Assembly (NCBI GenBank): GCA_034780895.1
Contig: JAUZTB010000075.1
Coordinates: 13,405,324 to 13,469,323, forward strand
Direction of reading: 5' to 3'
DNA from: Rhynchobatus australiae
Taxonomy: Eukaryota
DNA length: 64,000 nt
Positions 36,455 to 49,529 of this stretch are shown here, one piece after another. A program made the translations under genes and the position numbers. How positions within the stretch are numbered: the first letter of the stretch is position 1; each line of letters begins with the position of its first letter. The notes below the pieces were generated by a model, which did not search any database, was not told the DNA's origin, and saw only the letters and a list, made by a program, of their open reading frames with translations.

Positions 36455-36965
36455 TCCACAGCTACATTTACTACATCTCCTTTCAGTTTGTAAGGGCTCC
36501 ATTCCATTCTCCCAGTTTCTCCTTCTCTGTTATATCTAAGCTGTTGATGCCACCTCCCATACCAGAGCTTGGAATGTCTCTTCCTTGTCCCTCCACCATG
36601 ATTTCTCTTCTACCATATTTGACAAGACTCTCAACTGCATCTGTTCTATTTCTTGTGCTTCTGAAGACATCCACTCTCCTGCCCCAGAGGAAGTATAGGG
36701 CTCCCTTTGACCACATTCAATGGAGAATCCTCCACAAGGGGTGAATCCTCACTCCCCTTGCATCGTCCCTCTCAGACGCTTTTCAACATTCTGAAGATGC
36801 CCATTTCCACTGCTTTGGTTTATTCTTCCATTTCAATAAAATCTTCTCCCCTTCTTGTGGCATCTTCCCATGCACCCTTAAGGGATGCAACACCTGCCTT
36901 TTTTCCACTTCCCACTATCCAAGGACACAAACATTCCTTCCAGGTAGAGCATCAATTTACTTGAC
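36455..36965 (+). mobile_element. Penelope-like ORF remnant (RT thumb / linker)
   Basis: CCATTCCATTCTCCCAGTTTCTCC encodes a SIPFSQFL-type motif; related fragments at about 35400-35780 (+) and 48300-48720 (-). Confidence 0.6.
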
Positions 36966-37491
36966 CTCCAAGTGTTCAATGAGTTACTGAGGTAGCTAAT
37001 ATGGGGGCAGTTGACATGAACGTATTCATAGAATCCCTATTTGGGACAGAATGTCAACAGGACACAGTTGGAGGAGAAGGGATCAATTAGCTCACAACTT
37101 AGTCCTCACTATTGCTGTTATTCTATGATTGATGCACAACATCGAGTGTGTTTGACAACAGTCCCAGATTTCATATTGGAAGTCAAATCAGTGCCATGGT
37201 GAATTTGAAAACAAAGAAGGTTAGCCACAGGTATCACAACAACCAAAGCTCATTCAACATACATGTATGTACACTCAAGGTTTCATATGAAAACAATCAT
37301 TACCTAAATTAACTTTCTACTCCTTCATGACCCAGCAATGAAGCTCACAATTACATAATTCAAATTGTATCCCTGATGAAATATCTTGACATAGTGTAGT
37401 GTTTAGTTCGGGAGTCTTCCTGGACTTCCCAATCCACCATGGGTTAAAATGAATACAGGATGTGATGGCTGAAGAGAACAATGAGACATAC

Positions 37492-37579
37492 CTGGGACTA
37501 TTTCAAAGAGAAACTTTCCTGGATCTTCTGGGTGTGCTGGATGTTCATTAACCTTGCAATCCTGGAGAATAATGTAACC
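37492..37579 (-). CDS. ARHGAP25: ARHGAP25 exon 3, PH domain ([29 protein letters not shown])
   Basis: Not in the ORF track; translated manually. Acceptor CCACAG|GGT, donor CCAG|GTATGT; 88 nt, phase 0 to 1. Confidence 0.93.
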
Positions 37580-39044
37580 CTGTGGATAATACAGATGTAA
37601 GTGCTATTGTTAAAGTGAGGCCCTTCAGTTAAAACTAACAACAGCTGGTGTTTACATGGTGCATTCAGTGTCGACGAATGTCATAATGTGCAAAATATTG
37701 ACCAGTTTCATAAATATCACTTTGGTGACAAAGGCTTCTCATCAACAATGTTAATCTGGGCCCACATCATTACACAGCATTTATAAACAGTTTATTTTTC
37801 CAATTTTATTAAAAAATAATATAAATTGATTAAAAATATAGTTTGGTGAAACGCATCACTAACAATCAACATTCAGAATTGAAAGGAACCTCTTTTTCAA
37901 TGCCGACAGTTCTGTGACAACCTTACAGAATTATTGAAGTTAGTCATCTTCAATTCTATGTTTAATTCTATGTTCAATTGTTCATATGTTCAATTCTAGT
38001 TTGCATCATTTATTTTTTTTCCCCATCAGGTGGCCATGCGTTTGCAGTTGCTCTGCTGGTGCACTGCCTTTGAAATGGGAACTTACTTACCTCTTTCAAA
38101 ACTGCAATTAATTANNNNNNNNNNNNNNNNNNNNNNNNNNNNNNNNNNNNNNNNNNNNNNNNNNNNNNNNNNNNNNNNNNNNNNNNNNNNNNNNNNNNNN
38201 NNNNNNNNNNNNNNGCTGGTGCACTGCCTTTGAAATGGGATGTTGAGATCAGGTACGATCTCTGCTGAGATTGTCAAACACTGACTTTGTGGAAAGGATG
38301 AAATTCCAATGTCCAGAGCTGGCTCTTCAGCATCAAGTGATTGGACTCCACTTAATGCAGAGCCTCCAAGCTCCAACAAGAGAGAGTTCCAACCTGACTT
38401 TCGTTCTCAAGTTCTCTTTATAGTTGCTCTTTGGGAGATCCTACGATGACAGAGTACTCGTGGGTGAATATGCCCAGCTCTGTGTTCCCTTCTGTTGTGA
38501 ATTACCTTGATGCACAGATACTAAGGTCTGTTCAGTGATCATGACAACCAACGATCACTGAACAGCCATACATATCCTAATCAAACCTACAAAACGTCCC
38601 ATATGAAAACAATTGCTTTTTTCCACTCTGTGGCCAAGAAAAGTAGCATGAGATCATGGTATCCAAACTGGATGCCTGATCTTAATCAAATATCTGGACA
38701 CAGTATAGTAATTGAATTGGAAATCTTTTTGAACTGAATTACTGAGGGAATGTTAATCTCTGCTAAGATTGTCAAACACTGAGTTTGTGGGGATCTAAAG
38801 TGGCAAACAGATGTTTGGCCAAACAGTCCATCTGGGTGAAGCACCAATTCGCATTTCTTCTCTCTGTGCCAAATTCAAGTGCATCTTGAAGGGTGCATTA
38901 GCAACAAAATAAAATGTCCGACGAAATATACATTGTTAACTAACTGTCTCACTTGTGACCACAGTTAACCAGATACTGACTTTTTTGTGATGATCAGAGA
39001 GAAACATCTTTCTTCCATCACTAAGACAATCAATAAAAGATCAC

Positions 39045-39238
39045 CTGTGGCTTCCCATCTTCCTCCTCTTTGTAGTAAGTCAGGTAAAATCCTCGAAGAA
39101 CAAACCACCGAGATTGCCACTGCTTCATTACAGACCTCTTCTTCTTCAGCCAGCCTGACTTTACAGGACGCTCCAGCATATTAGGAGATGAAGGTCTATT
39201 TGAGCTGTGTTCTCCTGGCATCACACTCTTAGAGCGGC
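39045..39238 (-). CDS. ARHGAP25: ARHGAP25 exon 2, PH domain start (GRSKSVMPGE...SGWLKKKRSVMKQWQSRWFVLRG...EDGKPQ)
   Basis: Acceptor TTTGTTTGTAG|GC, donor CAG|GTGATC; 194 nt, phase 1 to 0. Confidence 0.95.
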
Positions 39239-39289
39239 CTACAAACAAAAAGAAAGACACTTTTATATGGTGTCTTTCATCAGCCTTTC

Positions 39290-39590
39290 AGACCGAATAA
39301 AACACTTTAAAGATACGGAAGATGTTTTGAACAGTTGTCGCTGTTGTAATGAAGGAAACAAAGCAGTCTGTTTGAATTCTGCAATGCCTCACAAACACTA
39401 AGGTAACAATGACTAATCCGGTTCAGTAAGATTGAACACAAGATAATAGCCAGACCACCGAAAACAAGGCCTCTAAAATAGTGCAGTGGAACTTTTTACA
39501 CCCACCTAAGAGAGTAGATGGCATCTTGTAACATTATATCTGGAAGGTAGCACCTCAGAGAGTGCAATGCATCATCACCGGAGTTTCAAC
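39290..39590 (-). mobile_element. Deu-domain SINE remnant just upstream of exon 2
   Basis: Similar to the 6540-6880 and 7565-8230 copies (AAATAGTGC...TTTTACACCCACCT.AGAG..AGA.GG; GGAAG..AGCACCTC). Confidence 0.5.
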
Positions 39591-39799
39591 CAAGAATAAA
39601 TAGATTTTTTGCCATTTTATTTGCTTATGTATTCAGAGAAATACAGTGCCTTTGAGATCATGTTGTGTGCATTTTAACAAGCTCACATAGTTTGTATTTA
39701 TATCATACTTGTCAACCAAAAGCAAAATGGGACACTCTGTATTTCTGTATTAGCTTGTGCATTACTTAGCTCCCTGAAATCTTTCCATCTGGAAAACAC

Positions 39800-41450
39800 A
39801 TGTCACTAATATCGCCAATATCATTCCAGCGAGAGAGAGTATAACCACCAAGCCTTGACATTTAATGGTATTACCATTGCCAGGTCCTCCACCATCAATA
39901 TCCTGGGGCTTACTGTTGACAAGCAACTCTGCTGGACCAGCCACATAAATACCATGGTTGTTAAAGCCACAATTACTCAACTTATTCACCAGTTTGGGTT
40001 ATTCCACCACCCAGCTCCAGAACTTGTTCTAGCCTTGGTTCAAACATGGACCACAGAGCTGAATTCCAGTAGTAACGTGAGAGTTACTTTCCCTGACGTC
40101 GAGGCAGCATTTGACCATGTGTATCATCGAGGAGTTCTAGTAAAACTAAAGCTATGGGCATCAAGGGGAAAGTACCCCAATGGTGAGAGTCATACCTTGC
40201 ACAAAGAAAGATAGTTGTTTTTTGAAGTCAATCATCTCAGCCCCAGGATATCACTGCAGGAGTTCCTCAGGTCAGTGTACCAGTCCCAACCATCGTCAGT
40301 TGATTGATCAATGACCTTCCTTCAATCATTAGGTCAGAAGTAGGAATGCTCCTTGATGATTGCACAATGTTCAATTCCATTTGCAACTCCTCAGCAAATG
40401 AACCAGTCCATACCTGCAAGACCTAGACAAAATTCAGGCATGGGCTGGTCAGTGGTAAGTAACATTCACACCACAAAGGTGCCAGGCAATGACCATCTCC
40501 AACAAGAGCAAGTCTTATCACCTACCCTAGATATTCAGTAGTAGCACCATAGTGGAGACACCACCATTAACATCCTGAAGGGTTATCGTTGACCAGAAAC
40601 TCAGCTGGACCAGATCTTGTTACAGCAGCAGATCAGAGGCTGGGTATCCTGTGATGAACAATTTACCTTCTGACACCCCAAACCTTTTACAAATCAGGAA
40701 TGTGATGGGCTACGCTCCTCTTCTCTGGATCAGTGCAACTCAAACAACTCCCAAGAAGTTTGACACCATCCAAAGCAAAGCAGTCCACTTGATTGGCACC
40801 CAATCCAGCACCCAGAACACCAATTCCCTCCACCAATGGCACACAGTGGCTGCAGTGTAGCAACTCATCCACGATACTCTGACCTCTCCTCTCAACACTG
40901 TGACCTCTACCACCAGCCTCAAGGACAGCTTCTACCCTGCTGTTATCAGACTCTTGAACGGTCCTCTCATACACTAAAAGATGAACTCTTGATCTCCCAA
41001 TCTACCTCATCGAGGCCCATGTACTTTATTTGACTGCCTGCATTGCACTTTCTCTGTAACTGCAACACTATATTCTGCATTCTGTTTTTTCTTTTTACTA
41101 CCTCAATGTACCTATGTCTGGATGGCATGAAAATCAAAACTTTTTCACTGTATCTCGGTACATGTGACAATAATAAACCAATACCAATACCAAGAAGGTC
41201 AAAGGCAGTAGATGCAGAGGAACACCACCACATTATGTTCCACTCCAAGTTCATTCTATTCTGACTTGGAAATACGTCACCATTCTTTCATCACCGTTGT
41301 GTCGAAATCTGGAAATCCCAGCAGTTCTCTGGGAGCACATTTACCAGAAAGGACTGATGTGGTTCAAGAAGCTGACTTGCCACCCCCTTCCCAAGAATAA
41401 TTAGAGATGGGCAATAAATGCAGCCTTTGCCATAACACTCAGACACCGAA
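39800..41450 (+). mobile_element. L2/CR1-group LINE fragment with decayed RT, interrupted by a Rex1-like 3' end
   Basis: VRVTFPDVEAAFDHVYHRGVLVKL and AGVPQ RT motifs; tail ATGGGCAATAAATGC. Confidence 0.75.
40907..41193 (+). mobile_element. 5'-truncated Rex1/Babar-like LINE 3' end
   Basis: LKDSFYPAVIRLLN terminus; tail TTTTCACTGTATCTCGGTACATGTGACAATAATAAA-(ATACCA)n; homologous to 55922-56453. Confidence 0.8.
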
Positions 41451-41879
41451 AAATGAGGACGTAAATCATAGATTCAGTGTGTACAGGGTGCATTTCACAA
41501 AGTTATCAGTGCTTCCTGAACAGCACTCTCCAAGCCCATGGCCTCTACCATTAAGAAGGACCAGAGCAGAAGGCCCATTGGAATGCCATCACTGCGGGAG
41601 TACCTTCACCAGAAGAACTGCAATATCTTAAGAATGTGGCTCACCACTACCTTCTCCTTGGCAATTAAACATGTGTCACAAAAATGGCTTTACTTATTTT
41701 TAACGTGGCTGTTTCTTTTGCAAGGTAATTTCTCCAAGAACTCTGCATTCCTTACATCCTGGCCCCTTGACTACATGCGCTCTAAATTCTGGAGGAGAGT
41801 CCGAAACCTCTCTGACTCTCCTCCCCTTTCTTCTTTTATGACATCTCTTAAAATATGGTATTGTGGCAATGCAGTGGTT

Positions 41880-42452
41880 AAGATACTGAGCTAAGAATAT
41901 TGATGAAAGTAGGGCAGTAGATGTTGTCATAGACATTTGACAAGGTCCACATGGTAGGCTGGTCCAGAAGGTTAAGGCACATTGGAGCTGGCTGATTGGA
42001 TGTGAAATTGGCCAGCTGATAGGTGGCAGAGGGTAGTAGTGGAAGAGTGCTTATTAGAAGTCTGTGACTAGTGGTATACCACAGAGATCAAAGCTGGGAC
42101 TCTTGTTTGTGATACAAACAAGCTGGACTTGAATGTAGGTGGTATGATGTGTAAGTTTGTGGATGATAAGTAAGTTGGTGGCGGTGTGGTAAGTGAAGGC
42201 GGTTGCGAAGCGAAGTCTGCATCAGGATACAGATCAGATGGAAAGTCGGGCACAGCGTTGGCAATTTAACCCCAACAAGTCCGAGTTGATGCACTTTGGG
42301 AAGTCAAATAGGGATAGAACAAAAACTTAGATAGGCACGGCACAGAAGATACAGACCTAGTGCAAGCAGATCGGTCTGATGTAGAAGGACAAAAAGGTCA
42401 GTGTGGACATGATGGGACAAGGGGCTCGTTTTTGTCCAGTGTAACTGAATGA
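41880..42452 (+). mobile_element. CR1 LINE RT fragment
   Basis: AVDVV..D...FDKV.HGRL, SG.PQ.S and KFVDD remnants followed by a CR1 tail. Confidence 0.75.
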
Positions 42453-44234
42453 CTTGTAATCAAGAGGTCTAAATAAATCATCCTGAATATAAATACAATA
42501 AATAATCTGGCATTAAAATAAATCTAGACATGAGTAACAAAGGCAACAAAACTACCGGATTCACTGAGAAAACAACTTGGTTTACCAATATTCTCGAGGG
42601 AAGGAAACCTGCCATCCAATTCTTGGCTACTCTCGGTAACTCCAGACTCACTGCATTCTCTGAAATGGTGTAACGAGCCACTCAGGGGAATTAAGGATGA
42701 GCAATAAATGTTTGCCTTTCCAATAATATCCAGATCCTAAAAAATGATTTTATAAAACTACCTCTTTGGCCGAGCATTACTAATGAATTCTTATCTGGCT
42801 CATTGTAAAACTTAGTTTGATAATCTTCCCGTGAAGCTTTGGGGTGCTATAACTGTGTTAAAATTGCGATATAAATTCAAGCTGCATGCAACCTCCAAAG
42901 CACAACATGTGGAGGGCTGTCCATCCATTGTCATGAGATGGGGAAAACCCAGAAAGTTAACCTTTGGCGCTGTCATGCATTCAAAGCATAGAACTGCAGC
43001 AATGTGGGCCTCAATTCTCCATTCAAGAAAAAATACCCAGGGAACCGGAGGAAAGTACTTTTGAAAATCAGTGCGGGAAAGAGATATGAATTTTGTTGAT
43101 GAGTAGGGCCAGGGAATAATCAGTACTAGTTTTTGGACGTGGGATTCTAGCCTTTTGGTTCATCAGATACTGAATTAGTTGTTTTCTTTATTCATGTTTG
43201 AGGGGTCTTTTGAAAGGATGCACGACCTTGATTTGAATTTTACCACAGGCCAGTCATTAGACCAGTGGCACAACTGAGTCAGTTTTCTGCAAGACCAGTG
43301 CTTTCTTTTGCACTCTGATCTGTTCTGTTTACAGTATTATATTTAAACAGTAGAACTTGTAATTGGTCTGTGAAAGTCATAGCTGTCCCAAATGCAGGAA
43401 GTGGTTGCTTAAAATAGAAACAGGCTTTTCCAGATGCCTACACTATCATTGCACTGACAGGAAGTTGATGTGTTTCATCATGGGAAAAAAAGGAAACATT
43501 CCCCGAGTCACCCTCTTAATTCCAAACAATCCTTGTTCTAAATCTGGAATGACAAACCAGTGAATTATGGCACCTCCAGCACATCCCTGATTTTCATCGA
43601 GCCTCTCACTGGAGACTGGGCCTTCAGTTCCAAGCCCACTCTGGAACTCCTAGCTTTTCTATCTTCACTTAGGCTGGGTCCTTTAATTCGACCACTTGCA
43701 TCTTCTTAGGCAGATCAGTGTTAAAACTCCTGTGCAGTGCTTCAAGGATGCTTTCCTTGGTCAGAGTCGGTTCATGAAGGCGTGATTGTGTAATTCATTT
43801 TAATCTCTGGTATAAATACTGATCCCAGAAAATTAACCATTTGAACTCATCCTTTCAGAATTCCAAGTCTACTGACTAGCCATAACTGGTAATTCCTAAA
43901 TTAGCCCAGTACCCTGATCTCAACTCAGCTCTTCGGCAAGTGAGCCTAACTCATGGTTACACTCTCTGAAAAGAATAAAACTCTTGCTATCTGTCCTAAA
44001 CTTATAGCACCAAAAGGCAAGCCTAGTTTATTGATCCTTAGAATAAATGATAGAAAAATAGGGGGCTATGTGTGGAAGGGAGAGGTTAGATAGATCTTAG
44101 AGCAGGATAAAATGTCGGCACAACATTGTGAGCCAAAGGTCCTGTACGGTGCTCAGTGTTCTATGTTCTATGTTCTAGAAAAAGCATAGAAGGGCCTATT
44201 AGGCCCTTCAAGTCCATTCTGACTCTCAACGAGT

Positions 44235-44600
44235 GCAATTAGTAGAGCTGCTACTTCACAGCTCCAGTGACCCAGGTTCAATCCTGATCTCTGACGCTAG
44301 CCATCAGTTAGACCATGAGCAGAATTAGGCCATTTGGCCCCATCAAGTCTGCTCCACAAGTCAATCCATGCAGAGCCTCCCTGTGACTGTGTGGGCTTTC
44401 ACATCTGCTCCTGTTTCCTCCACACCCACAGGCTTGTGGGTCGGTAGGTTAATTAGTCACCGAAAATTGCCCCTAGTGTGTAGGTGAATGTGGGGACGGT
44501 TGATGGAAAGGTGGAGAGAATAGGTTACAGAGAAAAATAATTGCTTTTTGAGTTGACGTAGACTCAATGGACTGAAATTGCTTCTTTCAATGTCAAAAGG
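44235..44600 (+). mobile_element. V-SINE, decayed, with a short internal insertion
   Basis: GTAGAGCTGCTACTTCACAGCTCCAGTGACCCAGGTTCAATCC head; TGTTTCCTCCACACCC core. Confidence 0.65.
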
Positions 44601-45906
44601 AAATATGAAATAAGAGCAATCCAGCTAGCCCTACTCCTTCCCTTGTTGTCTTGCAATTCTTTGTCTTTCAACTTGTGGTCAACTTCCCTTTCAGAAGCCA
44701 CAATTGACCTCAACAAACCGGTCAGACAATACATTCCACATACATAAGTAAAGTTGTCATGTCATCTTTAGTTCTTTTACCAGTCACCTTGAAACTGTTT
44801 ATTGGTTCTCAACCTTTCCACCAATAGACCCCCTCATTATATCGAACCCCTCATATGGTTAATCATTTCTGCAGCCTCTAAAAGCATTTATTCCATTTTA
44901 ATTTATGCCAGTTAATCTTGTACCTAACTCCAGATTAGATACACTCCGAGTCTCATCCAGTAAATTACTTGGTATCCCAATGAAGATCAATTTGAGTACA
45001 ACCTTCTAAAATCTGAATGGCCTTTGTCTTTAATTCATTTTTTAGACACCAGTATTGCTGGCAAGGCTCGGGTTTATTGCACATCCCTTGAGGAGGAATG
45101 ATTTCAACTACTTTTAACATATTGTGTTATAATATGTGGCTTGCTAGATGAAGTTAGAGTGCAGGTAACTGTCAATTCTAGGGTTAAATGTAGGCTGGAC
45201 CAGGTAAGGGTACTAGCTTTCTTTCCATGAAGGACATCCATGAATTGCAGGGATATTTAAAACTATTCAGTAGTTTTGTGGGCACCATAATGATAACATC
45301 TTTCAAATAAGTGATTTGTTATTTTTAACTGACCTTAAAGTCCATAGCTGCCATGTTAGCTCGATGAATTTGCTCATATCTGGAGAGCTAATCCAGGACC
45401 CTCGGTTATTCTTCCAGTAACCTAACCACCAGATCCTGCTGCCACCCCCATGCACTGACTGGAACCGCATTAAACATGGTCTATCCCATCAGTGGTGGCA
45501 AAGTAAACACAGTCCTAGGAGGTACCCAAAACTGCAATCACTAATAAATAAGATATACTTAACATTAATATTCACCATTGAAAAGAACATATCAAAAAGC
45601 ATGCTCGTTATGCCTCCTTTCTGGTCAATGGTGTGTGACTTACAATGGCATTACTTTCTTGAGGTGTTTCTGTCTCAGTAGTGCCCGTTCGGGGGTGATG
45701 TTAGGAAGCCCTTGCACTAAGAGCAATTGATATCTGAAACTTGAGACACAAGAGACGGCAGATCCTGGAATCTGGAGCAAAGAAGCAAATTGCTGGAGGA
45801 ACTCAATGGGTTAGGCAGCATCCGTGAAGGCAGAGGGATAGTTGACATTCCAGGTCGAGATCCTCCATCTGGACTGGTATCTGATATCTGAAACTCTCCC
45901 TCAAAG

Positions 45907-46035
45907 TACAGTAAAACTCTGTTAATCTCGCATGTTCAGAACTTTGTTGGTACCAGATTGGTAGATTTTCTATTCTATTGGATGTTATTCCAATTAATTC
46001 ATTCACACTTTTAATTCATTTCTTTTTAGATGTTA
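45907..46035 (+). mobile_element. Probable Tc1/pogo(Tigger)-type DNA transposon end; similar copy at about 14149-14300
   Basis: TA|CAGTAAAACTC start and shared downstream AGATTTTCT...ACACTTTTAATTCA..TTTT...ATGTTA in both copies. Confidence 0.5.
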
Positions 46036-46139
46036 ATTTTAAAAGGAGAGCAGGAAGCAGGGCCCTGGTGTGCTAACAGGGGGCACAGGAAACAGAATCG
46101 GTAAGTTTCAAGGAGCACAGGAAATGGAACCTGGTAACA

Positions 46140-46565
46140 AGTTGGTAGCACTCTTGCCCTGAAGTTAGAAGATAGTAGGTTTAAGTCCCACTTCAATGAT
46201 TTGAAGTCAAAAATCCAGGACTAATCCTGGAGGTTGTTCTGCCTCATTAGAAGTGTTCTGTTTTGAATGAGACATCAGGCCGGGGTCCTGTCTGCCTTTT
46301 CAGATGGAAGCAAAGTTTCTACAAGACTATTCTGAGGAAGAGCAGGGGAGTTTGGCTCTATCGTTCTGGTCAACATCTATCTTAACCAACACCTGAAGCA
46401 GATGATCTGATCATTATATTGCTATCCGGGGACTTTACTTTGGGGAACTTAGCTGCTGTGTTTCCTATTTGAGGAAGATGACAACACATTCTTCACTGGC
46501 TTCAAAGCACTTTGGAAGTTCCTGATGTTGTGAAATATATGTATTATATAAATGCATTCTTGTTT
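46140..46565 (+). mobile_element. Near full-length Deu-domain SINE (SacSINE1-like)
   Basis: tRNA head (GGTAGCACTCTTGCC...GGTTTAAGTCCC), Deu core (GAAGAGCAGGGGAGT...CAGATGATCTGATCATTAT), tail AAAGCACTTTGG...TATATAAATGCA. Confidence 0.75.
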
Positions 46566-48879
46566 ATTTTCTTTCATGATTTTAAATAAAGATTTGCTCT
46601 CGAGATTTCTGCCTTGATCCACCCTTTTCTGCTCACATCTTTCCTGCACCTGCACAACTGGTACAGATCTGTGAAGGTGTTACTCAGATAAAAGCTGTAT
46701 CAGTGGTTTCTGTCACTATGGGTATCAGCATCTGATACCAGGAAATGGATGCAAACAATGCAAACCGTTTGCTTCACTCTCCCACCAGAATATTTCTCCA
46801 ATGAGCAAGCCTTGGAGAAGCACGTGGGCATTGTGCCAATAACTCACCCCTAAGTAAACGTCAGCTAAGGCTGTGATCACTCAGCCCACAGCAGGAAATA
46901 GAGATCAGGAAGTTGCTGTCAACACCCTGCAGTCTACCAGCCCAGTCCTGCCCTCTCTGGATTATCACACCTAAATATTAATTTTCTTCCTTTTTTTCAT
47001 TATTTACAACCTGCTGGGTTTTCAATGCTAGTAACACAATCATTTCTCCTAAAGCATTCTATGACATCCCTGACATGCTGGATACTACCTGCAGTTAAAA
47101 TATATGTTAAACTCTTTGTTCTCTCCAGAAATAACTATCCAATGCCACAATATGAACTTTTTAAAACATTACTTTCTTCACAACTCAAAATACACCAAGT
47201 CTCTCATTTCTCGAAGGCAAGACTTCCTCTTTTGGGAAACATTTGTTTCTTTTCCCCTTTCACAGTTCTCTTTCTATCCACCTCGCTAGGAGATTAGATA
47301 GGCTCCCTGCATCATAGCTTCTCCCAGTGTTATGCCAACTGATTGCTGAGGTTTCTGTGCTCATTGCCTTTATTTCCTCTTGGTACAATTCCAAGGCCAC
47401 ACAGTGATGCTGCTCTCTGATCAGCATGACCATCCAGTCAAATGCTTCTCAACTTGTTGTTTGGTACAAGGTCCACTTCCAACCCCTCTACCGACTCTCA
47501 GATACCAAATCCTCCCAGTGGCTGCCCAACTCAACCAGACATCAGGTACAGTTATGCCAACTTCCTCACCCCAAGATCCTCCAACTTTAATTGAATTTAT
47601 TTTTCTCTTAACTTCCACAGATTAAAATGGTTTTCACCCGTTTATAGCTGATATAAGGGTCTTGGTCCTTGTCTCACACACCCTGTCCTCAGACATGGGA
47701 ATTCCCACTGAATTTTTTAAAAAATAGCATAAGTGCCTTGCCTGAGACACAAGAAAGAACTTCCTTCTTTCCTAGTATCTCAGCAAAAAGAAAGTTGGAG
47801 GTAAAATAAAATGAATAACTGTTCGACCAATGCAGCAGGACAGTAGCATGAATTGTCAAAACTCATTGCACTCCAATAACTTCAGTGCAGCCTCTTAAAT
47901 GTCCTGATACCACATGTGCCTCGTGTAATTATGTGTGTGAGTATTGGCATTTGNNNNNNNNNNNNNNNNNNNNNNNNNNNNNNNNNNNNNNNNNNNNNNN
48001 NNNNNNNNNNNNNNNNNNNNNNNNNNNNNNNNNNNNNNNNNNNNNNNNNNNNNCATGGAAAAATTCTTTATCAAGAGTAAGCACTTGTAGCAGCTGTTGA
48101 TAAACTGGTGAAAGTAAAATGGAAGACGTACACACTAACAGTATGTAGGATTTACTAGTCACTGCAACAACATGCACTTGGGACAGCACAAGACTATCAA
48201 CTTCAACACTTGCAATTAAAATTAATTCTGCAGCCAGAAGCTAAACAAAGTCATTACCAGGCGGAGCAACACTCACCCGATGTATCAGTGGAGGGAACTG
48301 CACCACCTGAACAGAATGAATTCAGAGGACCGACAACCTTAAAACAAAGTGAGAGACCCAACAGGGGAAGGAGCTGACTGAATGTAGGAATAGCACTTTA
48401 CCAAGTTGACCTTAACTGGAGCCAATTCTGACAAGCAGGGAAGGCAGAGAATTTTTCCCAGGTTGTGGATTAACTGACAGGGAATTGCATAAAATGGAAA
48501 ATATGGGATGTCACAAAAAAGGGACAAAAAGTAAGTAGATGGGGTTGAGGGCTGGAGTGAGGTTGAAGTACAAGGCTGGAAGGTTGAGAGATAAAGCAAT
48601 GATGTAGATTGGCAGTGTAGGAGCACTTGAATTTGAGGGTATGGTGAAGGAGAGGAAGCGGGGGTGGGGGTGGTGTCAGGAGCAGTGTCGATTAATCGGG
48701 ACAGCAGTGGGGCAGAGAGTACCAGCAGCCCAAATGGTGTCAATGGGTGTTGGCAGGTCAGGGGTGGGGAAGCACCAACAGACCTTGGTGAGCAAATAAT
48801 GTCTCACTTAAATGAATAGCATGGAAACCATAGTTCACCGATAACCAGACAGGCACTAGTCTTACAAAACAGTAGGACA

Positions 48880-49115
48880 GATTGAAAAGACCCAAAAGGG
48901 AGATTACACTGGAGAGGGTGCAGAGAAGATTCACCAAGATGTGGCCTGGGATGAAGCATTTCAATTACAAGCAAAATCTGGATAGGATGGGGCTGTTTTC
49001 CTTGAAGCAGAGGTGGCAGAGTGGGGACCTGACAGAGATATAAAAAAATTATGAGGGATATGAACAGGGTAGATAGCTGGAAACTTTTCCCCCGAAGTAG
49101 AGGTGTCAGAAACAA
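48880..49115 (+). mobile_element. CR1 LINE fragment
   Basis: CTGGAGAGGGTGCAGAGAAGATTCACCAAGATG (LERVQRRFTKM). Confidence 0.8.
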
Positions 49116-49529
49116 GATGGGCTAAAGGATCTCATATGCTGCAAGTTTCTAAGATTCATTTTAGGCCACACTAATAACAACTCCCATACAAAGTATGGCC
49201 AAAAAAAACCTTGCCAATGAATCCTCGAAGTCAGACTCCAAGGTGGGGTGAATGCAGGCACACCAAGGGGAACTTCAAAATTGGAATTTAAAGACTAAAG
49301 AAAATTCAGAGCTGCACTGAGGTTCTGCTCTTCCCAGAAATGTGAAGACATTTACATTCAGTACAACACAATGTATGCAAGAGAAATGAATGTGTTTAGC
49401 AAATCAGGAAGAGGTTAAAGAGAGCACTAACCTTTATCCACTATGTCCCAAACTTCCACCTTCACGATGTCGTCAGTTGCTGAAACAACACAAAAGTTGT
49501 ATTTTTGTGCTTGATTGCAAAGACTGAAA

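Noticed and set aside
39030-39283. Alternative N-terminus by intronic extension of exon 2
   Set aside because: The ORF start at 39260 is GTG within the pyrimidine tract; the nearest ATG (39280) is out of frame and closes after 5 codons
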